A DNA stretch of 64,000 nucleotides from the NCBI GenBank assembly GCA_964035545.1, contig OZ037765.1, positions 24,923,504-24,987,503 on the forward strand, given 5' to 3'. Made by a program: the position numbers and the translations under genes. The notes below the pieces were generated by a model. That model was not told the origin of the DNA. It ran no database searches and worked only from the letters and a program-made list of their open reading frames with translations. Positions 55,401 to 64,000 of the stretch are shown here, piece after piece. Position 1 is the stretch's first letter; each line of letters begins with the position of its first letter. The DNA is from Bugula neritina (lineage: Eukaryota > Animalia > Bryozoa).

Positions 55401-58400
55401 AAAAGAGCTAACAAAGATATAGACATACGGATACATACTTTTGAGGAAGCTGCATCTCTCCCCCCATGGAGCCAATCTGAGCCTCGACTGTAGGGATGTC
55501 CATAACAACGAGTTTCCCTTTCTGACTCCTGTTGGAGAAATTATTGTTTCTGGTGCACATGTAGTGGGCTACACCAGCTGTGGTCACCTTCTGAGGGCCC
55601 AAGTCAAAGTAAGTTCCAGCATCATCCAGTTCTGACATTTCACCTCTAAATTGACCTGAATATGAAAGTATAGTTTACAGAGCAGTTACCAACAAGAGAA
55701 CTGATACACAAGTCACACAAATGCACATGCACGCTCTCCAGCGCAAGTACACACACACATTAGAGGATATCTAAGCCTTCTAAAAAGCACTATCATAGCT
55801 GAAACACAAAACGTTGCACTGTGCAAGCATATATCTTGGCATGAACCACATATTCAGCCCTGCACAGTTATATTGCACATCTGAGAAAACAGACGGTCTC
55901 ACCAGGAGCAACCAGGGCCAGCATCTCCCTCTGCGGCCGAGTCAGTCCAAGCAGAGTAGAATCATCCAGAATCTCCGGGTAACTTCTGCCCCAATGACCA
56001 AACTTACTCCTTCCTTCCCAGACACTGCCAGAATCTTCGTCGTACACAGTGCCTTCTTGTAGCACCATGTTACTTCTATCAGTGCCGGCTAAACCTTGCC
56101 CGTCATTATTCCTGGGGTTTGTATTTGACCCCGTCCATCTATGTAAACAATTAACATTTAAGTCACTTTCATAACTCGGCCTAATTTACACAACAACTTA
56201 ATGAGTTAACATCAAAAGCATTTAATCACAATTAGATTGATTTCCAAAAATTCTGGTAATTAATGGATTGATATAATTAGCCAAATACAACCATTTAATT
56301 GGTTGGGCGTGTTATTAATACCAAACAAGGCACAACATGGATTAACATGTTATAACAATAAATATTCATTGCAAATAACTGCCTTCACAATATTTAACAT
56401 CTCATACACCAAAAATGACACAAAGCAATTCTAACCTTAAATTAAGCAAACCTGAGTTACACCTTCGCATTCCACTGCTAAAATTTGATTTTCATTTGTA
56501 TATTTTCTATAACAACCCAGAGATGAATAAGGGCAAATGATTTATTAAGGGAGGGTAAGGTTATATACAATAACTAGTATATACAACATTTTCTCAAGGA
56601 ATTTATATAAGATGTTAACAGGTATAATTTTTTAAGTGATGATAATCAAGTGAATGGTGCTACATTAATAATCTAGTATAATATATTAATTTATTCTATT
56701 CAACACACAGAAAGTGAACTATTTACATGCAAAATATTAAACAATAACAGGTGCAGTTAGTCAAGTTGATTACCAAACAGGATGGGTGAGAAACCATGTC
56801 TTTTACCAATTGATTAAATATAATGGAATAGGAAAATAATATCTTAGATAGCACATTATCTTAGGCAAATCATTTCTCAATATTGAACTACAGCATATCA
56901 CGTAACACATACATGTTTATACAAGATAGTGCTAGACACCATAATTGATAGCTGATAAGAAGGTCAACATTACAAACCTAGGAAGCTGTATCATTCTCGT
57001 AGGTTTTGGGAACAATCAGCCACACATGACATTTTAACAACTTAATAATCTGACCTCCAAGATTTTATAACAATCTGCTACAGTTATATAAGAGCGTGAC
57101 AAAAATAAACCCCAGTTGTTTTCAAACAATTTCAGTTTAAAATAAATATTTCCCTTGAGAAAAAATTAGCACAACTTGTCTCACATACCTTGAAGCCAAC
57201 ATAAATTTTGGTTCACATTTTGACGGAAATAAATTGCAACTATTAAATAATAAATAGAAGTTGGTAGACTGTTGGTCTTCATAGATGTAGCTTTGTAGAT
57301 TAGTGGGCAGGTAGACCTGTAGATTAGTGGGCAGGTAGACCTGTAAACTAGTGGGCAGGTAGACCTGTAAACTAGCCAACTGTATAGCTAATGACCCTGG
57401 CAGACCACTTAAGCTAACCATACTAACAGTTTCTGTATAGAAAGGAGACTCACTGAATGTGAACATAGTCACCAACAGACGCCATCAGTGTGTTGGGCAC
57501 AAAATCATACTCCACTGCAGGGTACACTTGCACAATGTTGCCTCGTTTGCCTCGCACATTCACGTTGAACACTCTGTTATCTACCAGCTCATCTGGCGGA
57601 GAGCGCATGGCCATGGCGTGGCTCCTGCAAGGACAAAAAACATTGCTTATTATTAGCACAACCAGTGCAAGATCAATGCTATTAATAGATTTCCTCCAAG
57701 AGTCATGGGGGTGCATGGCAATAATAAACTTCCTATAGAGTTCTAAACAACAGCTAGAACTAAGAAAGTCAAGTATAAGACGGTTTGTGTACAAAGAGCC
57801 ATGGGTTTACAAAGTAAGCACTTTCATTACAATTAAGAAATTAATAAACTGGATAGCTCATTAATCAAATTTTGCTATATAATTAAGCCTATCAAGAATA
57901 TTGAACCACCATTTGCATATAATGAGCAACAAAAGTATTAAAAACCCAATTAAGAAGATCCCAATAAACCCCAATAAAATCAGGATTATCAAAAACTAAT
58001 ATTAATTGCACATTTTACAACTGTTTGCACCAGCATGCAGTGCTAGACAAAAACAGATATTAATTATGAAATAAAAAATAACTCAAATAGCTGTGAACAA
58101 ATCATTTAAAGATGTAATGATACTGTTACAACAGAAAATATCTAATCGTCTTGAAAGCATATTTGTAACAGTGCAACAGCTCCGATTAAGTTTATATGCA
58201 GATAATTTTATGCAACAATCAAGGTTTTCATGTGAACAAAGAATTAATAATCTTTTGTTCAAAATACAGGGTTTAATGGTGACACTGAGTGTAAAGTGAA
58301 GATAGAAGCTCATTAAATCAATTAATGGTGATTTTATGTGAATGTTTATGCATCATGGTTTTATATTTTTAAAAGATAAAATGAATTTAGTGTAGAAAAA

Positions 58401-61400
58401 TGCAATATGTAAATCTGACTTAGAATTATACCTGTCTTGAAAGGTTCGCCCAAACTGGGCTGTATTGATGGCCAGTTGCAGTACCAGCTTATCATTATCA
58501 AATATGTCCGTCTGGGGGTTGTTTTCCAGCACGTAGCCTCGGTCTCTGGCCTCGTCTAGGTCACTCAACCCATATTTACTTGACAAGTCTAGCAAAGAAC
58601 CTTCATTATTCTGCACCTCATTTAGAGCGGCGTTAGTAGAACCGTCCCAACCATCAAACTCTGCTGTAGATATATTGTACCTATAAGACAAAAATAAAAT
58701 ACATGGAATAAAATTTTTTAATTGAAACCATGTAGTTCATGTATTAGGAGCTGGTGCTCCAAAAGTGAGAAAAAACATATGAAACTTGATAAATATTTTT
58801 GTATACAATTATTTGTTGAAGCAGGACTGTCAATGCTAGCAATGCAGCAATAAAATACCCAGACATAACCTGGCCATTAGCTAAATATAATTTTGGGGTT
58901 GTGTGCACTAGAAATTTGGTTCTACAAAAATTTTCCCAACATGTCTTCATTTGATCCTTGATTTCATTGTTACTCTACGCATATTACTCACTAGGAAGGT
59001 TTTAACGTGTGAAACACAGGATATACATGCTGCTAAGATGACTAGAATTTTATTTTACATTATAGCTTATAGTGATCAGTATGAATATATTTATATAACA
59101 ACCATGAGTTTATTATCATCTTATTAATTCAGAGCAAATTACAGCTGACCAAATGGTTTTCTTTGACAACAAAAAATATTACAATAGTTATTCGACAAGC
59201 TGCCACAGTACACTAAAAATAATCACTAATTATAACTGTAATCATTATGGTTATATTAACTGAGGGCACTTTTGCATGAACATATAACCTAAGATTAAAT
59301 AACGTCATTAGAACTTTCCAATTTCATATCAATTAATTAAAGACATAATATTAAATGCATAAAATGAGCTACAAAATTAATTTGGTTGGGTATGCAACTC
59401 CAAAGTTACATTTGAATTTCAGTTAAGATGTTTTGGCATATCTTCATACTGCATACATGTTTTCAGGGAGCTCTGCTTTAAGCAAAATATGCTCGAGTAT
59501 AATTGTACAACTACCCAGTATCGAAAGACCTTTAAAATTTAGGAACATTTTCATGGTGTAAGCACTTTTTTTCCAAAATATGATAAAATGTTACCCAAAA
59601 CTGTACAACTATTACGGCATTTATAACTTTGTTTCATAAATACCTAATTCTGACAGCACATTTCTCAGCTATTGCATTTTCCGGAATAGTCCAATTGAAA
59701 AGGTTAGGATAGCCGCTGGGACCATTGCCCAGATGATTGTCTCTACTGAACTCAGCTTCCTGACACATAGGAGGGTCAATACCGTGACTAGGGGACTCAG
59801 TCCACACCCCTCTTGTGCCATTAGCATCGTTAGCAGGATATACAAAGGCCTGAGAAAATTAGAGGCTACTGTAATTGTTGCTTAGCAACTAACACAAACA
59901 GTTCAGTAATACTGACTTATAGCAAATATGATATTGAGTTAATTCATAATTTTAACAAATTGATGTTTTGGGCTGACTTCTTCCGTCGAGCTTTTTCAAC
60001 GATTTGCATTTCTTAAAAATTCCAAAAAATAAAATAAATTGCACTTTGGAAGCAATTGGTATCTGGGATTAAACACTGTAACTAGTAACATTTTAAATTG
60101 ACAAGTGTTTAAGAGAAGGAGAAAACAACTTTGCAATGAGATGAGAAGTATCAGATGTTGGGAAACTTATTTATGCCTTATTACTCCTTATACTTGAAAC
60201 AACAAAATCGTTCTGAGAAATCAAGATTTAGAAATTAAATATAAAAAATGGTTACAAGAAGTCAACGTTGCATCATGACATAATTTACTTTAATGGCATA
60301 ATTTATTTATTAAATATAGAAAAAATTGGCAAAATATCCATCACCAGACAGAGACAAAGAAATAGTCACCTCACAGTCTTCCTTGTTGTTTGGAATTCTC
60401 AAATTTCTTTGATTTTGGACTTTCAGAGTGTAAGGGAGATAGCAGTAGTACCTGGACTTTACATTCTCAGACTCTTCTTGGTAATAACTACACCTGTATA
60501 AGTGTATAGGTATAAGTATAAGTATATATGTATACAGATAGCCATCAAAGCAATATTTGTAAAAGTTTAAAATATTGAAAATGGTGTACACTTTATGTAA
60601 TTAAAATGATGTAGAAAATCACATCATAATCTATTCACAGTTACATAATGTAAACAGTTATAACTGGTGAGATTGAAAATTCAAAAAACTCTTGTCAGCT
60701 CCCTGGAAGACAGTATAGGCAACACTTTACTGCTTCCCCAAGATTACTTGCTTATACATGTTCAGTACCTTTGTTGAACATTTATAAATATTTGTGTAGC
60801 ACTTGGTATTTTTAAACAACTGTTTCCAAGACAGTTAGTGTGAATATTTAGAGTTTAAAACTACTAGTAATTACAAACAACAATTACAAACAAAAAAACC
60901 AAAAAATTTTTGATAACAAAAGAACAATTGAGTTTTTGAAATAAACAACTACTTGATATTAAAAATTAAAAGACAACAGCTGTAGCTCTTTACAGAGACA
61001 CTATATAGTATACATTTAATCAGAAAAAATAAAAAAACCTAAAATTTACAAATTTGTTGCTTAAAGAATGCAAATAACAAAGTTAATGACATTTTGAAAA
61101 CTCTCAGTTTATGAAAATTGATAAAACTACACAGAACTGCAAAAAGCTAGTTTAGTAGCAATATCTGCATAGTTATATTATTGTTTTGATTTTACAGATA
61201 TGTATACCTTTCTTTCAATAAAAAAATTCTACACTTTATAAAAAATATTGCAGTTTTATTGCTTCCAACATTAACAATAATTGCTGAGACACGTTATTAA
61301 GAGCTGCACTGGCAAAGCACAGGTTTTATCAACAGTGGAAGTGAAGCTGAAACTATTACCTGGAGACATTATTAGTCATAATAGCAATGTCTCTCCACGG

Positions 61401-63955
61401 AGATGGGTGCCAGTAGGGGTAGTAGTCCCGCTCCTCCGGACACTCGTACCCCCTTCTAGTACCTTGTGGATTTTGTCTAGTAAATCTTGCTGTGTTACCT
61501 TTTAGTTTCTATAAATAGGAGAAAACATTCTTTCACTATTAAACAAGTGCAAGTGAAATGTGGTATTGAAAATCATCCTAAATGGTAATGGTATTCATTC
61601 ACTGAACATTAAACTGCGTCATTCACAATCAGCTGCTATGAAAGAAAATGAAGCTCAAGGTTGACTTCAAGCGTTAGTTGAACAATTTGATGACAAAAAA
61701 GCTACTAAATAGAATAGACAGTTGTTAGATAAAATCAGATTAGAAATTTCTTTTTAGGCCTGATTTAATTAATACAATAAAAGGAAAAATGCTGGAGTAA
61801 CTTCGAATACATAATAGTCTCAGGTCAATAAATAAAAGGTTACATAATTTCTACCTGGTCAGCCAAGAACAGATTATCATTTCGGAGTCGCATTTTACAG
61901 TCCATGTAGTACTGAAAGTCCTCGTGCATGCCATACCTGAGGTCAGTGTTACACAGGTAGTTCTCACACAAAGCAGGGTTATCCGGAATTGTTCTGCACA
62001 ACAGAAAGTTCAAATAATAAATATTATTAGCTCACAAGAATTCAGTAAAATATGAGAAAATGTACATGAACATGGCACATAATTAATTTAACACAGAAGT
62101 TGAAGGGAAAATTAAAAAACAACACAAATTGTGTGATGGTATCTTTAAAAAAGCAAATTAAAATACATTAGAGTTATCTTCCTTTGTTTGTGAAAAAATT
62201 ATAGCTCCTAATAGCAAGTTGAATTATTAGTTGGAGTTATGCTTTCCATGAGATTTGTATGTATAAATGGCTACAAGCTGTAGAATAGACAAGAAGAATG
62301 TTTTATATGGGTAACTCTACGGATTATTGCTAGAGACTGTGAATGATGATTAAAATTTACTCGATTTAGTTTCAAACATGTAAATTATATTTGATCGGCT
62401 TAAGATTCTTGCAAAATAATTTGTTTATGATAGCTGCTAAATTGAGCTCAAAACACTATAACTTTATTGAGAAAAAATCAATCACTTATGAGACGTTTTC
62501 ATACCCTCATTTCTATTGAAGGGTGTCCAATGTAAAATGCAAAACCTGACGAGTGGCAATCACTAATACCAAATATATCTTATATTTTACTATTGAAAAA
62601 TAAAACCAGCAAAATGTGAGTGTGCATGGATTAGAATTGCAGTTCATGAAAGCTAAATAAAAACAGGAAACTACAACCTGTATGCTTGATTGAACTCAAG
62701 AGTACATAACTCCCACTCACAATAAACTGCTAGATAGAAATATTGATTAGAATAAATCATTCGTGAGTCATACCGAATTGATACATGTAATTACTCACGT
62801 TGTAGTAGCACCATCTCTGAGATTCTCATCACACATGTACTGAACAATGAGCTCACAATGGTTGTTTGGCCCTCCACAAGAATGCTGATTGGTCCTGATT
62901 AAAAGATAGCACCGTTTAAACAATATTGCATTGGGGATATACAAAGAACTATTATAGTATCAAAGCAATACTTGAACAATGAAAAAAAACAAAATATAAA
63001 GTGATTTTATGAACAAACACACATTGCTGGTAACTGAGTGAATGCTTTCACTCAAACTGAACTGGAACTTAGTTGTAAGAAAAAATATATATTCACAAGA
63101 GTAATATATTATGCAACATTGTTTCTCTACTCGGTTTATGATATTAAACAAACATAACTAAGGGGATTTATGTAGCGTAGTGGAACATCCTATTACGAAG
63201 GTTTATGTACTTTTTACAATTTGTCAAAGATAGTATAAATTCTATTGAATCACAAACATAAAAATAATATTTATATACTTTCTTAATAACCTATTAATTG
63301 TGTTACTTACCACTCTATAGGTAGAATAGAGCCAGCGTAGTAATACAAGCTGCCAACATTGTAACCACCCCTGTCATTATTTTGACTATCAAAGACTCTG
63401 CAACAAAAAACAAAGCATTATTACTACTTATAACTACATCCTTAATTTGCTCTAACTAATAATGAATGAAAATTTTATTATCAAATTATATTTAAAAATT
63501 TTACACGAGAAACATATACATGTTACAGCCTATACCTGTTACCATTGTTTCTCTCTCTGCCTTGCTCATCTAGTCTGTTATTAGAACCCCTAAAATAAGA
63601 GATATAATTGGTAAAGCAAGCCTACCGAGTCGTTACAATATAGCTCATTTGAGATGCAAGAAAATATATTTCCTAATTTGAGGCATGTTCTTAGGTTTTT
63701 ATTTTTTGAAACACAGGAACCACATCTCTACAGTTTAGTGAATGGATAGAACTATTTTCTACACATATTTATAGTCTGTGTATCATGTAGATGTGTAATA
63801 TAGCTGGTTCAAAATATTTTGCAATTTTGGTATACATAACTAAATTTCTCAAGTTCTTTTTTTAAATGTATATCGAACCTTGGATTGTGCATGTAGATAT
63901 CTCCATTAACTAGCTGTCCAATAAGGAGGATGAAACCCAGGTTAGCGTAGAACAT
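52407..63955 (-). CDS. DD3-3-like protein, single-pass type I membrane protein
   Basis: Exons 63955-63879, 63589-~63535, ~63398-63311, ~62894-62799, ~61993-61854, ~61508-61359, ~60494-60370, ~59849-59644, ~58681-58432, 57624-57454, 56138-~55896, ~55655-55438, 53908-53791, 52985-~52777, ~52604-52407. Signal peptide then family motifs [109 protein letters not shown]; TM helix, RKK stop-transfer and short tail. Confidence 0.88.
57294..57375. repeat. 24-bp minisatellite, ~3.4 copies, intronic
   Basis: tgta(gat/aac)tagtgggcaggtagacc repeated at 57294, 57318, 57342 and partially at 57366. Confidence 0.95.
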
Positions 63956-64000
63956 GCTGTTGCACTTGTGACCACCACTATCTATAATAAGATCCCAGGC

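Noticed and set aside
57137-57475. ORF with LQVYLPTN repeats, or a CRISPR-like array
   Set aside because: A spacer-less 24-bp intronic minisatellite whose unit length happens to be a multiple of three.

Overview
AT-rich, intron-dense eukaryotic DNA from an invertebrate animal (lophotrochozoan-like by gene content and composition; this is inference). Six multi-exon genes can be built by hand with GT-AG sites: ANKZF1/Vms1 (-, 3' end runs off the window), Septin-7 (+), BBS9/PTHB1 (-), ERp44 (+), a Gbx homeobox gene (+) and a complete DD3-3-like type I membrane protein gene (-). An extra unassigned + strand coding exon lies at 13914-14379. ANKZF1/SEPT7 and BBS9/ERP44 are head-to-head pairs around probable bidirectional promoters flanked by palindrome-rich low-complexity DNA. 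A tRNA-derived SINE, a MITE and several tandem repeats are also present. I see no prokaryote-type system (CRISPR, operon). The most novel-looking leads are a cupredoxin-like plus ZU5-like architecture in the DD3-3 protein, a multi-promoter Septin-7 5' end that may overlap ANKZF1, candidate cassette/micro-exons, and chained perfect palindromes.
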